64,000 bases of DNA, from positions 30,016,982 to 30,080,981 of the forward strand of contig JARDVH010000140.1 in NCBI GenBank assembly GCA_030324005.1, read 5' to 3'. The number at the start of each line of letters is the position of its first letter. The stretch's first letter is position 1. The notes below the pieces were generated by a model. It was not told where the DNA came from, ran no database searches, and was given only the letters and a program-made list of their open reading frames with translations. The position numbers were made by a program, and so were the translations under genes. Below, in pieces: positions 49,788-62,436 of the stretch. Origin of the DNA: Negaprion brevirostris. Taxonomy: Eukaryota.

Positions 49788-50700
49788 GAGGGAGAATCTC
49801 GAACTAGGAGTCACTATTTAATAATAAAGGGTCTCCCAATTAAGGCAGAGTTGAGGATTTTTTCTCTTGCATTCAGAGTTATGAATCCCTGGAACCCTCA
49901 AAAAGCAGTGAAATCAGAGTCTTTGAATATTTTAAAGGCAGAGGAAGATAGGGTTTTTAATAAGCAAGAGGGTGAAATGATATCAAGGATATGAAGCAAA
50001 GGCCTACAGTCAGGTCAGCCATGATCTTGTTGAATAGCGGAGGTGGCTGGAGGAGCTGAGTGGCCTACTCCTGTTCCTAGTATGTATCGTTTTCTGTCTG
50101 CATGTTCATATGAGAAGCAAATTAGTGAACAAGGGCACTTGTCAGATCTGCTCTAACTGCAAATACTTTAGTAATAGGAAACTTGCAGCAATATCTAATT
50201 GAATGGTTAAATTTACTGCAGGTAAGTGGGACAAGCTGCAATTTGGCAGGAGAAATGAGGAGAGATATCTCTTAAATGTCAGAATTTTACCTGGAGTGTG
50301 GGGACGGAGAAGTCTGATCATGTATGCACACTAGTCGTTAAAGGTGGCAGGGCAAGTTGATGAGGGTTATGAAGAAAAGGTTACGTCATTGGCAGGAGGG
50401 CTGATAATCAAGATGACTTAAGATAATTGGAAAGAAAAGCCCAAAGGTCAGTGAGGAGAATTTGTTTGACGCTGCTGGTCTTTATGACTTGGCACATGCT
50501 ATCAGCAAGGATGGTGGAAACAGATTTAATGATAACTTTCACAAAGAAATTGAATGTATATAGGAATAGGGAAATATTTATGGAGTTATAGAGAAAGAAC
50601 AAGGGGGTGCGACCAATTGGATGGCTCTTTCAAAGAGCCAACACAAAGAGGATGGAACAAATGGTCTCCTATTGTGCTGTATGATTCAATTCAATGATTG
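49788..50700 (+). mobile_element. Two adjacent degenerate CR1 3' fragments (49788-50090 and 50220-50700)
   Basis: gggagaatctcgaactagg...tggcctactcctgttcct; and gatggctctttcaaagagccaacac...tgtgctgtatgattc. Confidence 0.7.
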
Positions 50701-50761
50701 TGTTCTATGAAGTTGCAGTGCTTGTTTTGTCCTTCAATGATATATACCAGCCCTACCCCTT

Positions 50762-50890
50762 GGGTGGGATTTTCTGGCTGCGCTCAGCCCAAGTCCGGAA
50801 AATCCCGCTCAAGGTCAACGGACCTTTGCATGGTCTGTGTCCTGCTTGCTTTTATTCCCATGGCAGGTTGGACAGGAAAACTCCGTCCCT
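50762..50890. mobile_element. Short TIR element family A (reverse orientation)
   Basis: gggtgggattttc...ggaaaatcccgctcaaggtcaacggaccttt...ggacaggaaaactccgtcc. Confidence 0.7.
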
Positions 50891-52006
50891 TGTCTTACTG
50901 CTTTATCAAGTATGTTGTGTTGGAGAGTGTCACTCTCAGTGCGTCAGCCTCATTTGCTGAGTCCCAATTATACTCTGAAAGCTTAATGTGCAGAGATCAG
51001 CTGTCATTTGTCATTTGCTAAATTAGAAATCCTCTGGCTGTCAAGAAATCTAATCCAATTTTAAAATCTATAACTCAGGAGGAAGTATTGTTTTTTTTAA
51101 ATCAAATTAAGGTTGTCACATTTCTATTATATGTTGCATAGATTGGAAAAGACCAGATTGGAAGCTTTACTGCAGTGGTGAATAAAGTTGCAAGGATGTA
51201 GTTGAAAACCGGAAGAAGTCCACACCAACACTTTGTTGGATCTAAAACTTGAAACAGAGTAATATATGACTTTGCAAACATTTTTGACATCCTTGTTATT
51301 CATTTCTACCCACAGCATATCCAGATATTCTTGACTGCGCCAATAAAATTGATTTTGTCCATTCCTGATTTCTGGGAGATGGGACTCAGTGGGACAATGC
51401 ATGATGTTTTTTTAATGAATATCCTCGATGTTTTTATTTGCGTTTGAGCTTTTGACTGGCTAGTCAAATGGCCTAGAGTTTTCTCGTAGCTGTTACCCCT
51501 CTGCCAATGCAATTTGGCAAGATGTGTGACAGAATCCCTGCTGAGAAACAGAAATGACAAGGTTTCCACCAGGCTGCGATGGAGTTATGGCTGCAGAGTT
51601 GAAACAACTCTGGTGGTATTCCAGGCTGGTTCCACACTCTGGACCACCCCATCCACAGGCCTCCACAAGTACACGTGTGGTGGAAACACTTGGAGGGATA
51701 TCTCATGGTCAAGGCAAAGATGCAGGCGGCATTTCAGTTCTCCCACTGCAACCGGCCACTGAACCATTCCTGACATCTAGAAGGAGCACACAGTTAGCTA
51801 TTACAGAATACAACTGTGCTGTCACCAAGAGAAGCACTGAGTTAGAAATACTCGCTGCACACATTGATCATTCTGTCTTGGGAATACAATTTAGTTGCAC
51901 CTCATTTCAGCTGTGTCTGGAGAGCTTGCTTCTAATGATGTAGGATCAAAGACAGTGACAGTTAATTTTGAATCAAATGGTTAATGTTTGTGAACGCACT
52001 TCAGGT

Positions 52007-52280
52007 CATAAGAACATAAGAAATAGGAGCAGGAGTAGGCCATGTAGCCCTTCGAGCCTGCCCCGCCATTCAATAAGATCNNNNNNNNNNNNNNNNNNNN
52101 NNNNNNNNNNNNNNNNNNNNNNNNNNNNNNNNNNNNNNNNNNNNNNNNNNNNNNNNNNNNNNNNNNNNNNNNNNNNNNNNCCCTACCACTAAGTCCCCCC
52201 TCTCATCCTCTAAGGGTCCAACGTTCACCCTAGCCAGCCTCTTCCTTTTTATATATAAAAACTCTTGCTATCCTTTTTTA
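52007..52280 (-). mobile_element. CR1 element spanning a gap
   Basis: cataagaacataagaaataggagcaggagtaggcc tail; aagggtccaacgttcaccctagcc after the gap. Confidence 0.8.
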
Positions 52281-52847
52281 TATTAAGCGCTAGCACATGA
52301 GTGTATATTAAGTGAAGACTATTAATGCACTATGTGAATGTGCTGTTTCATTGAAGGCCTGATTGTAGCTTCACTGGTTTCATTCTGAGAAAGAAAACCC
52401 CAGGTTCAAGTTCCAGGATTTAATGGCCATGGAAGTTGTGTTTTTTCGCATCATGAACTGTCTATCATGTTGTTAATCAATTTGCAAATCCTTCAAATGT
52501 TCCATGTTATTCTCCAAGGAAAAGAGTACAGAGACCTGAAAGCAAACAACTAGCTACAAAGAGCCTGTTGGTGGGTGACTCTGGCTGCCAGCCAAGTTGT
52601 TTTAGCATTGACAGCTTTTGTCCAATCATTAGGACAGGCAGAAAAGTGGAGACAAGGCCAGAATCAGACCTTATAGAATGGTGGGGCAGGTTCGAATGGC
52701 CCACTCCTGATTATATGATCTTTGCAGTAGGGTATGGGTGAACCAAGTCTGGATATGAAAGGTGTTGAAATGGTCATAATCTTGGAGGCTTCCTCGAAAC
52801 TTATAAAATGCTGCTTAAGTCACACACTTCCCTGACTTAGAACTTCA

Positions 52848-52983
52848 GCCTGAATCTTACAGCCATTCACACCAGTGAGATTTTGTAGTCCCACTGCGGG
52901 GTGAATGGAGATTTAACTGGGCGCCAATTTCTCCATCCTCATTGAGGCAGGAGCGGGAGGTGAACGGCCAATAAGATCACACT
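52848..52983. mobile_element. Short TIR element (related family)
   Basis: gcctgaatcttac...gtgaatggagattt...tttctccatcctc...taagatcacac. Confidence 0.45.
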
Positions 52984-52994
52984 CTTTATTTCCA

Positions 52995-53152
52995 CTGCTT
53001 CACCGTCATTGGTACAAAATCCTGGAATTCCCTCCCCAGCACTGTGGGTGTACCTACACGACAAACAATTGCAGAGGTTCAAGGAGAATTAGGAATGGAC
53101 AACAAATGCTGGCCTTACCAGAGATGTTTAGATCTCATTAATGAATAAAAAA
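52995..53152 (+). mobile_element. CR1-like LINE 3' end (second family)
   Basis: cttcaccgtcattggtacaaaatcctggaattccctccc...actgtgggtgtacctacac...aatgaataaaaa. Confidence 0.75.
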
Positions 53153-53734
53153 TGGATCTGAAGTACTGCTTCAGGATATCTACATTGTAGCCTATAGTCA
53201 GTGCAGGTGATTGCAACGACCACATTGTTTACTCAGTTGCCCTTTGTGTTTCTCCCAATTGTATCATGAATCAAGGCTGGAGAATCATTTCTTCATTCTG
53301 ATTTCTAGAGAAAGTATTTTTCTAAAACATCATCTCCAAGNNNNNNNNNNNNNNCCTGGAGTTCTCCACCTAGCACCGTCGCCACAAGGATGGCATTTGT
53401 TTGAAGTGAAGATTCATCACTTTCTTAGAGCAACTGTGAATGAGCAATAAATGTATCCTTGAAAGTGTCACTATCCTGAGAACTAACAGTAAAAGAATCT
53501 TCTCCCACCCAATGTGGTTCTCGTGGTTAGCATGCAGTACTTATACAGCAGCACAAACTTTGGAAATAGTGAGGCTGAGAGTCTCATTAAAAACAGCCAG
53601 TCATTTTACTCAACAATGACTTTGCATCTGTTTAACACTGCCAAAGTCATTGTGACGGAGGAGCTACTTGATGATCTTCTTCTTTTGTTCTCTGCCCAGA
53701 GGCAGGTTTAACTTACAGCACTATGAGTTCCACC

Positions 53735-53850
53735 ATGGATGGGGAAAGGAGGCAGACCTGAATCCACTGATCCAGGAATTGAACCCTGTGCTGTTTGAAC
53801 CAATCTGATCCATACCAAACATCCAGCCAACTGAACCAAATGGTCCTCGC
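53735..53850 (-). mobile_element. tRNA-derived SINE head
   Basis: Reverse complement ttggttcagttggctggatg...cagcacagggttcaattcctgg (A and B boxes). Confidence 0.55.
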
Positions 53851-53863
53851 AAGGAGTCTGAGT

Positions 53864-54027
53864 TACATAGAACACTACAGCACAAACAGGCCCTTGGCCC
53901 ACAAGTTGCGCCGATCACATCTATACCTACCAAGCCATAGAACTATCTGTAACTTCCAATGCCATTAGCTCCCACATACTCATCCAGAAGTCTTTTAAAG
54001 ACCCCAGTGAGTTTGCCTCTACCAGTT
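53864..54027 (-). mobile_element. CR1 3' tail
   Basis: catagaacactacagcacaaacaggcccttggcccacaagttg...catccagaagtcttttaaagacccc. Confidence 0.75.
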
Positions 54028-54116
54028 GTGAGTTGTGGTGGGAATATGCCATTTTACTTCTGGAATTACAGGTTTATTTCCAGATCTTGCTTAACAAGAT
54101 CTTGGGCTTTATTAAT

Positions 54117-54300
54117 TGGGACTTTCTGGGCCTTCCTGCTGCAAGATCTTCTGGCCCTGTTGGGGCGGGCTCCACAGTGGTAGGATGGGTAAGTCATGCA
54201 AAATGCTGTAGGTATCAGTGGGACCAGAAAATCCTGCCAGGAGCCAATGGTGATCTGCCTCCACCAGACAACACGTCACGGAGGGTGGGAAAATCCTGCT
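54117..54300. mobile_element. Short TIR element family B
   Basis: gggactttc...gtgggaccagaaaatcctgcca...gggaaaatcctgc; shares its core with 27351-27518. Confidence 0.55.
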
Positions 54301-54484
54301 TGTTGAGTACAAAAACAGGTAACCTTCATAAAACACTAATTCAATCTCAGTTACATACTGTGTCAAATTCTGAACACCACATTTTAAGAAGGATGTAAGA
54401 TTGGTGGAATGAGTTCAAAAAAGATTGCTGGAAGTGGTTATCTGGATAGATTGACAAAGTAGCATTGCACACCAGATTTGATAT

Positions 54485-54772
54485 AGATATTCAAAATCAT
54501 GAGAGGTTTGAATGTGGATAGGGAGAAGCTGTTGCCATTGGCGAATGGATCAAAAGCCAGAGGGCACCAATGTAAGGAGATTGACAAAAGAACCAGAGGC
54601 AACATGAGGAAACCTCTTTTTACACAGCGAGTTGTTAGGATCTGGAATGCACTGCCCGAGAATGTGGTGGTGGCAGGCTCAATTGTAACTTTCAAAAGGG
54701 GACTGGATAACTAGCTGAAGAGAAAATATTGCAGGGTTATGGGGTAAGGAGTGGTGGGTGTTTAGATTAGCT
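54485..54772 (+). mobile_element. CR1 ORF2 C-terminus and 3' UTR
   Basis: MRGLNVDREKLLPLANGSKARGH...RKPLFTQRVVRIWNALPENVV. Confidence 0.9.
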
Positions 54773-55103
54773 GAGAATCATAGAACCCTTATANNNNNNN
54801 NNNNNNNNNNNCCCTTATAGTACAGGAGGCCATTCAGCCCAATAGCCCTGTATCAATTCTCCGAAAGAGCATCTTGCCCTGGCTCTTGCTGGCCTATCCT
54901 TGTAACCCCGTGCATTTAGCATGGCTAATCCATCTAACCCACACACCTTTGGATGTGGGAAGAAACTGGAGCACCCGGAGGAAACCCACACAGACGAGGG
55001 GGAGGGGTCGAAGGTGGAGACGTGCAGACTCTGCACAGATAGGCATCAAAGCTGGAATTGAATCTGGGTCTGTAGTGCTGTGAAGCAGCAGTACTAACCA
55101 CTG
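54773..55103 (-). mobile_element. HE1-type SINE
   Basis: gagaatcatagaa tail, tttagcatggctaatccatctaacc, gaaactggagcacccggaggaaaccca, gcagcagtactaaccactg head. Confidence 0.85.
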
Positions 55104-57510
55104 ATTTCCTTGATAAGCTGAATGACCTCCTTCTGTGTTGTCATTGTTCCACTATGGTGTATGTTGCCTAACTTCCACAATCCTGCTATTCTTATTTCTA
55201 ATATCCAATCAAATCCTCATTCAGTGCACCATTTTTCACACATTCTTTTACAATTAAAAATTCTCTCATGATACATGTCTCGCACTTCAAATTTATGGTA
55301 ATATTTTTGCCTTTACTTTGCATTTCTCCTTAGATTTTGCATGTTCTTTTGGATTTCCTGCCTGTTCTTTGACTGGAAGACACGCACTTTAAACTGTTGG
55401 TGAATTATTGTCAGAGTTGATAACAGTGTTAGGCAATTGCCCAGCCATAGCAAAAATGTGCTCCCATCTCTCTCAACTGTGTTCATGGGGCAATTGTAGA
55501 GCCTATTTAATAAAATTAAGGGGTCAATTTTCATTGTTGGATCATTTTATTCTTTTGAAATTTATAGAGGTCAAGTGGTTCATTAGCTGCTTCAGAAATG
55601 TGAGAAGAATTCCAAGGTGCGTTCTGTAATTACAATAATCAGCAGATTATTTAAATTTACTCTACCTGTTTTACATGCTTATCCTTTACATTATGACCTT
55701 AAGTCTCACCTCCTGCGCTTCAGTGTTGAAAGGCCACCCAACCGTGGAGGCATTCAACTTAAAAATGAATTTATAGTTTTATGTCTGGCACACCAAGTTT
55801 GTCCAAATTGCAAGAGATCTTTCTAATGAGGCAGGGGGTGGGGGAGCTGTAGTTTTGACATTGTCTGCCCAGTGGGAAGATGATCGATTGGGATTTACTG
55901 ACTGTTTTATGCCCTGCCTGATTTTTCTCCCCATTGGGATTCTTTTCCTGCTCAGTTTACTTCGATGTTTTGAACGTTGATGTGNNNNNNNNNNNNNNNN
56001 NNNNNNNNNNNNNNNNNNNNNNNNNNNNNNNNNNNNNNNNNNNNNNNNNNNNNNNNNNNNNNNNNNNNNNNNNNNNNNNNNNNNNNNNNNNNNNNNNNNN
56101 NNNNNNNNNNNNNNNNNNNNNNNNNNNNNNNNNNNNNNNNNNNNNNNNNNNNNNNNNNNNNNNNNNNNNNNNNNNNNNNNNNNNNNNNNNNNNNNNNNNN
56201 NNNNNNNNNNNNNNNNNNNNNNNNNNNNNNNNNNNNNNNNNNNNNNNNNNNNNNNNNNNNNNNNNNNNNNNNNNNNNNNNNNNNNNNNNNNNNNNNNNNN
56301 NNNNNNNNNNNNNNNNNNNNNNNNNNNNNNNNNNNNNNNNNNNNNNNNNNNNNNNNNNNNNNNNNNNNNNNNNNNNNNNNNNNNNNNNNNNNNNNNNNNN
56401 NNNNNNNNNNNNNNNNNNNNNNNNNNNNNNNNNNNNNNNNNNNNNNNNNNNNNNNNNNNNNNNNNNNNNNNNNNNNNNNNNNNNNNNNNNNNNNNNNNNN
56501 NNNNNNNNNNNNNNNNNNNNNNNNNNNNNNNNNNNNNNNNNNNNNNNNNNNNNNNNNNNNNNNNNNNNNNNNNNNNNNNNNNNNNNNNNNNNNNNNNNNN
56601 NNNNNNNNNNNNNNNNNNNNNNNNNNNNNNNNNNNNNNNNNNNNNNNNNNNNNNNNNNNNNNNNNNNNNNNNNNNNNNNNNNNNNNNNNNNNNNNNNNNN
56701 NNNNNNNNNNNNNNNNNNNNNNNNNNNNNNNNNNNNNNNNNNNNNNNNNNNNNNNNNNNNNNNNNNNNNNNNNNNNNNNNNNNNNNNNNNNNNNNNNNNN
56801 NNNNNNNNNNNNNNNNNNNNNNNNNNNNNNNNNNNNNNNNNNNNNNNNNNNNNNNNNNNNNNNNNNNNNNNNNNNNNNNNNNNAGAGTCAGGTAGTAGGA
56901 AGTAACTGAATTGCTCTTTGCCAATATCAGTATCTTCACAATGGGCCGAATGGCATCTTTCTGTGATGTGTCATTCTAGTTTTCTATGAATGGTGACACT
57001 ATTCTGAAAAGACAACAAGCAGTTAACGTAAAACAAGCAACTTAATAAAACCTCAAAGGTGTCAAAGTCAGTAATGTCAGTGAAAGTCATTGAATAATGA
57101 AAGTTGGTGAATCCAATTATTATTGGTCTAAATTGATTATTTATACATTCGGGAAAAGATTCAGTCCGTTCGGAAGTCAATTTGCTGTGGTGTAGATCTA
57201 AATCCCCGGAGATGCTTTAGATGTTTTCATTTCCCTCTGCTGGAGAATATTTCAGTTGCTTTTATTAGTCTAGAATTATAAATCATTTTATAAATGTTTT
57301 TCTGTAGCTTCTAATAATTTTACATTAAAAACAAAGTGTGCCTCTATTGTCATGAAACCCTGAATTACATAGGCTGAATACAGTGTTGTTCCATATCCAG
57401 CCAGGCAGAGAAGGTAAAGATTCTGTTCTCTATCTACTCTCCCTGTTAAAGCACCTTCTTCCTCACTTCTTCATATCCCAAGAGCTGACAAGTGCTCAAA
57501 GTGAATCACA

Positions 57511-58590
57511 GGGCAGAATTTTACGAGAATGATTCTAAGTGTCCAGCTAGCGTGAAAATGGAAGAAATCCAGATCCGTATTTTGGGCAGGTTTTTATGCC
57601 CAATCTCATGGACTTAGACATTGAAAATAATAGTTACACCATTTCTAGCTGCTGCAGGTAATGGGCTGGGCTTAATCTGGCAGCCAACCAACAGAGCAAA
57701 GTATTGTGCATGTGCAGACCTCTGTGTCTACATATGCTCAATAGCAACTACAGAGGGAGTTATGACACATGTGCAGACTTCTGATTCTGCACATGTGCAA
57801 TTCCAACAGCAGAGGTCTGAAAGGCAGAGAGAGAAAGAGCTGCCATGTCCGAGCCCCACTCCGCACGGACGTGTAGCTCCCGCCCACGTCCCCCCACGTC
57901 CAGACTGATTACTCCCCTCTCCCCGCAATCCAGTTGCAAAATAGAGTAGCGGGGTAGTTTTCTCCCAATCTGGCTGCCCTTTGAGGCCCAACCCTTCCCC
58001 CCCCGTCCCCATTTGGTGTATCCCCCATAGCTCCCACTCCCGATAGATCCCACCACGGCATTGGCCAGTGGGCATTACTGAGGTGCCAGGCTAGCACTGC
58101 CAAAGGACACTGCCCCTTGCCCTTGGCCTGCCTGGGTCACCTCAATGGCCTCCAATTCTACCGGTGACTGTTCCCCATTTGTGGGAAGGTGGTATTTTCC
58201 TGCTGGAGAGAATCTCTCCTGGCATGGCCATAAAGAGAAACGAGCTTGAACGATTGTGTTCCGATGTCGTCAATGCCATGGAAATCAACTTAGGCTGCAT
58301 TACCATAATTTATTCAGCCTCTCACCCCTNNNNNNNNNNNNNNNNNNNNNNNNNNNNNNNNNNNNNNNNNNNNNNNNNNNNNNNNNNNNNNNNNNNNNNN
58401 NNNNNNNNNNNNNNNNNNNNNNNNNNNNNTCTCACCCCTTTCCATCGAGAGGCTTCGGCGCTGGAACTCTGGCTCTTGTAAAATTGCAAGGGCGCCAAAT
58501 TGGGCATGATCCTGATATCTCAGCTTTCACCGATTTTTACCGGCTCGGTGTGCCCATTGATGGTCAGGGCCAGATGGTAAAATCAGAGCC
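57511..58590. mobile_element. GC-rich non-autonomous TIR element
   Basis: gggcagaattttacg ... ggtaaaatcagagcc termini; C-rich body and gcactgccaaaggacactgccc motif related to 5504-6495. Confidence 0.6.
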
Positions 58591-58967
58591 ATAGATTCTG
58601 GATGATGCAATCCAACAGAATGTAATGCCCCTCAAATTTAATGCTGATTGCAACTGATCTCTTCCTATTTACTTTCTATTCACTTTTTGTTCAATTCTTA
58701 ACATCTTTAGGTTTGTAGTACCACATCATGTACCATTCTTTGTTCACACTCCACTGTTACTGGGATGTCAGGCTAGTCAGTTTGATAGATCAGCTTGAGC
58801 TGATGCTGTATAATTGAGAAAACATGACGCAGGACGGAAGGCCCATAATACAAAGGAGACAAGGTAAAAGAAGGAAGCACTTATCTCTCTCTCAAATAGC
58901 TCAAAATCTTTCCGTACAATAAATTCAGTTAAAATGAAGAGGTTAATGTTGTGTCAGAAAATATATA

Positions 58968-59263
58968 CGATAGCACAGTGGTTAGCACTGCTGCATCACA
59001 GCGCCAGGGACCTGTGTTTGATTCCTGCCTTGGGTCACTGTGCGGAGTCTGCACATTCTCCCCGTGTCTGTGTCAGTTTCCTCCGGGTGCTCTGGTTTCT
59101 CTCACAGTCCAAAAATATGTGGGTTAGGCGCATTAGCCATGCTAAATTCTCCCTCAGTGCACCTGAATCAGTGCTGGAGTGTGGTGGCTAGTGGATTTTT
59201 CACCATAACTTCATTGCAGGGTTAATGTAAGCCTACTCGTGACACTGATAAATAAAATAAATA
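58968..59263 (+). mobile_element. HE1-head SINE with an alternative 3' tail
   Basis: HE1 head and core, but the tail is ttttcaccataacttcattgcagggttaatgtaagcctactcgtgacactgataaataaa. Confidence 0.85.
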
Positions 59264-60484
59264 ACAGGATTCCACAAACAGCAATGAAATTAATTAAGAA
59301 ATCAAGAAGTAGTGGTTAGATGACAGAGGACTTGTGTTTTAGGAACATAATGAATGGAACATAGGAGTAACCTATTGATCCCATCTTGCCTGTGTTTCTG
59401 GGGGGCTTAGTTTCCACAGTCTAATTTATCTGATTTCTCCTGATGCAGTTCTTTAAGTAATCTCTGAAAGCCTTTTAGAATTACTGTAATCAATTTACTA
59501 TCAATTGCCACTTTGTTACATAGTTTTCCATTTTGAAAATTGTTGGTGGGGGAAGGCAGAGGACAAATAGAGTTTTGCGATTCTCTGGATGGATTCAAAT
59601 GGAATTAAGTTACAATTTTAATATGATGCGCGTTCAAGCAGGAGGCCAAACAAATTCACTTCAGGCAAGTTTGTAAGTCTGCACTTGGTATTCTTTCCAG
59701 TTCATTATCAGTCACTCCATTAGTGGAGCCAACATCTTCTACAAACTCTTACATGAGAGATAAGCGGANNNNNNNNNNNNNNNNNNNNNNNNNNNNNNNN
59801 NNNNNNNNNNNNNNNNNNNNNNNNNNNNNNNNNNNNNNNNNNNNNNNNNNNNNNNNNNNNNNNNNNNNNNNNNNNNNNNNNNNNNNNNNNNNNNNNNNNN
59901 NNNNNNNNNNNNNNNNNNNNNNNNNNNNNNNNNNNNNNNNNNNNNNNNNNNNNNNNNNNNNNNNNNNNNNNNNNNNNNNNNNNNNNNNNNNNNNNNNNNN
60001 NNNNNNNNNNNNNNNNNNNNNNNNNNNNNNNNNNNNNNNNNNNNNNNNNNNNNNNNNNNNNNNNNNNNNNNNNNNNNNNNNNNNNNNNNNNNNNNNNNNN
60101 NNNNNNNNNNNNNNNNNNNNNNNNNNNNNNNNNNNNNNNNNNNNNNNNNNNNNNNNNNNNNNNNNNNNNNNNNNNNNNNNNNNNNNNNNNNNNNNNNNNN
60201 NNNNNNNNNNNNNNNNNNNNNNNNNNNNNNNNNNNNNNNNNNNNNNNNNNNNNNNNNNNNNNNNNNNNNNNNNNNNNNNNNNNNNNNNNNNNNNNNNNNN
60301 NNNNNNNNNNNNNNNNNNNNNNNNNNNNNNNNNNNNNNNNNNNNNNNNNNNNNNNNNNNNNNNNNNNNNNNNNNNNNNNNNNNNNNNNNNNNNNNNNNNN
60401 NNNNNNNNNNNNNNNNNNNNNNCGACATGATGGGAAGCTTCTCCATCCTGACAAAAATCAGGGCCAAACCTTATCACAGAAAAT

Positions 60485-60700
60485 AAGAAAAACTTTCATT
60501 TATATATTGTCTTTCACAACCACTGGACATTTCTTTCTGGCCAATGAAGCATTTCTGAAGTGTAGAATACTGTGATAATTGAGGGAGTAGAGTTTGGAGT
60601 GGAGACTGCAAACAACAGTTTCAGTCCACGCAGTATTTATTTGGGGGAGATTTGTGCTCATCCAGTACTGGATGTCAGATTATCAGTTGGATAATTTAGC
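60485..60700 (-). mobile_element. L2/DeuSINE-type tail plus L2 RT remnant
   Basis: catttatatattgtctttcacaacc...ccaatgaagcatttctgaagtgtag; ttgtgctcatccagtactggatgtcaga (reverse translation SDIQYWMST). Confidence 0.6.
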
Positions 60701-60702
60701 CA

Positions 60703-60787
60703 TGATGTGGAGATGGCAGCGTTGGACTGGGGTGAGCACATAAGAAGTCTCACAACACCAGGTTAAAGTCCAACAGATTTATTTGGG
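60703..60787 (-). mobile_element. Penelope-like pseudo-LTR end
   Basis: tgatgtggagatggcagcgttggactggggtgagcac...ccaggttaaagtccaacagatttatttg. Confidence 0.8.
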
Positions 60788-61256
60788 ATCATGGCTGCAT
60801 TAAGATTTGCTTATCCAGGGAAAGGGTAATGGTAGGGGCAGGATATGGAAGTGACTGGTTCCAGAGTACTGTTAAGTTAGGCATCTCTTCCCATTTAATT
60901 GATACTGACGTCACTAAGCTATGCAATTCTTTGATCTGATTCATAATTGAACAGCTGTGAAGGTCATACTTGAGGAACAAGGAGACCAGGGATTTAAATA
61001 ATACACTTAAGCTTCTTAATCTGAAATCTTAAGTATGTTTTCAGACAATTTTAAAATTCCACAAGCAAGATGGAGGTCCCGTGGTCGGTGAGATGTCTGA
61101 AATAGGGTTTCATTGACATACTAATTTAAGATAGCTGTGAGAAGATGAGCACGTGCTCTTGATCAGATCTGGTCGGTTGGAAGGCTGTTTTACACCAGAT
61201 GTGAATGGAACAATTGCGAATCCCGGATGAAACCCAGAGAGGGACGGTATGTTAAA

Positions 61257-61655
61257 GGGTGGCACAGTGGCCCAGTAGTTAGCACTGCTGACTCACAGAG
61301 CCAGTGTCCCAGGTTTGAGTCCCAGCTTGGATCACTATCTGTGTGGAGTTTGCACATTCTCCCTGTGTCATTCTCCCTGCGCCTCACAGTGCCAGGGACC
61401 CGGGTTCAATTCCAGCCTCAGGTGACTGTGTGAAGTTTGCTCATTCTCCCCATGAGTTTCCTCCAGGTGCTCTGATTCCCTTCCATAGTCCAAATATATG
61501 CAAGTTAGGTGGATTGGCCATGCTAAATTGTCCCATGGTGTTAGGGACTAGCTAAGGTAAATGCATAGGGTTCTGGGGATGGGCCTGGGTGAGATTGTAT
61601 TTGGTGCAGACTTGATGGGCTGAATGGCCTCTCTCTGCACTGTAGGATTCTATGG
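61257..61655 (+). mobile_element. HE1-type SINE with duplicated head
   Basis: Head 61257-61370, then a second head from gcctcacagtgccagggacccgggttcaattcc (61381), then core and tail. Confidence 0.88.
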
Positions 61656-62436
61656 TNNNNNNNNNNNNNNNNNNNNNNNNNNNNNNNNNNNNNNNNNNNN
61701 NNNNNNNNNNNNNNNNNNNNNNNNNNNNNNNNNNNNNNNNNNNNNNNNNNNNNNNNNNNNNNNNNNNNNNNNNNNNNNNNNNNNNNNNNNNNNNNNNNNN
61801 NNNNNNNNNNNNNNNNNNNNNNNNNNNNNNNNNNNNNNNNNNNNNNNNNNNNNNNNNNNNNNNNNNNNNNNNNNNNNNNNNNNNNNNNNNNNNNNNNNNN
61901 NNNNNNNNNNNNNNNNNNNNNNNNNNNNNNNNNNNNNNNNNNNNNNNNNNNNNNNNNNNNNNNNNNNNNNNNNNNNNNNNNNNNNNNNNNNNNNNNNNNN
62001 NNNNNNNNNNNNNNNNNNNNNNNNNNNNNNNNNNNNNNNNNNNNNNNNNNNNNNNNNNNNNNNNNNNNNNNNNNNNNNNNNNNNNNNNNNNNNNNNNNNN
62101 NNNNNNNNNNNNNNNNNNNNNNNNNNNNNNNNNNNNNNNNNNNNNNNNNNNNNNNNNNNNNNNNNNNNNNNNNNNNNNNNNNNNNNNNNNNNNNNNNNNN
62201 NNNNNNNNNNNNNNNNNNNNNNNNNNNNNNNNNNNNNNNNNNNNNNNNNNNNNNNNNNNNNNNNNNNNNNNNNNNNNNNNNNNNNNNNNNNNNNNNNNNN
62301 NNNNGATCAGCCCTCACAACTGGAACACATTTGTTTTTATCCCCTATTTAGTTTTATTTTAGATTATCTGGTCAATTATTATTGTTGTGGAACCTTGTGT
62401 GCTATTTTGCTGCCGTGTTCCCTACATTATGACACG

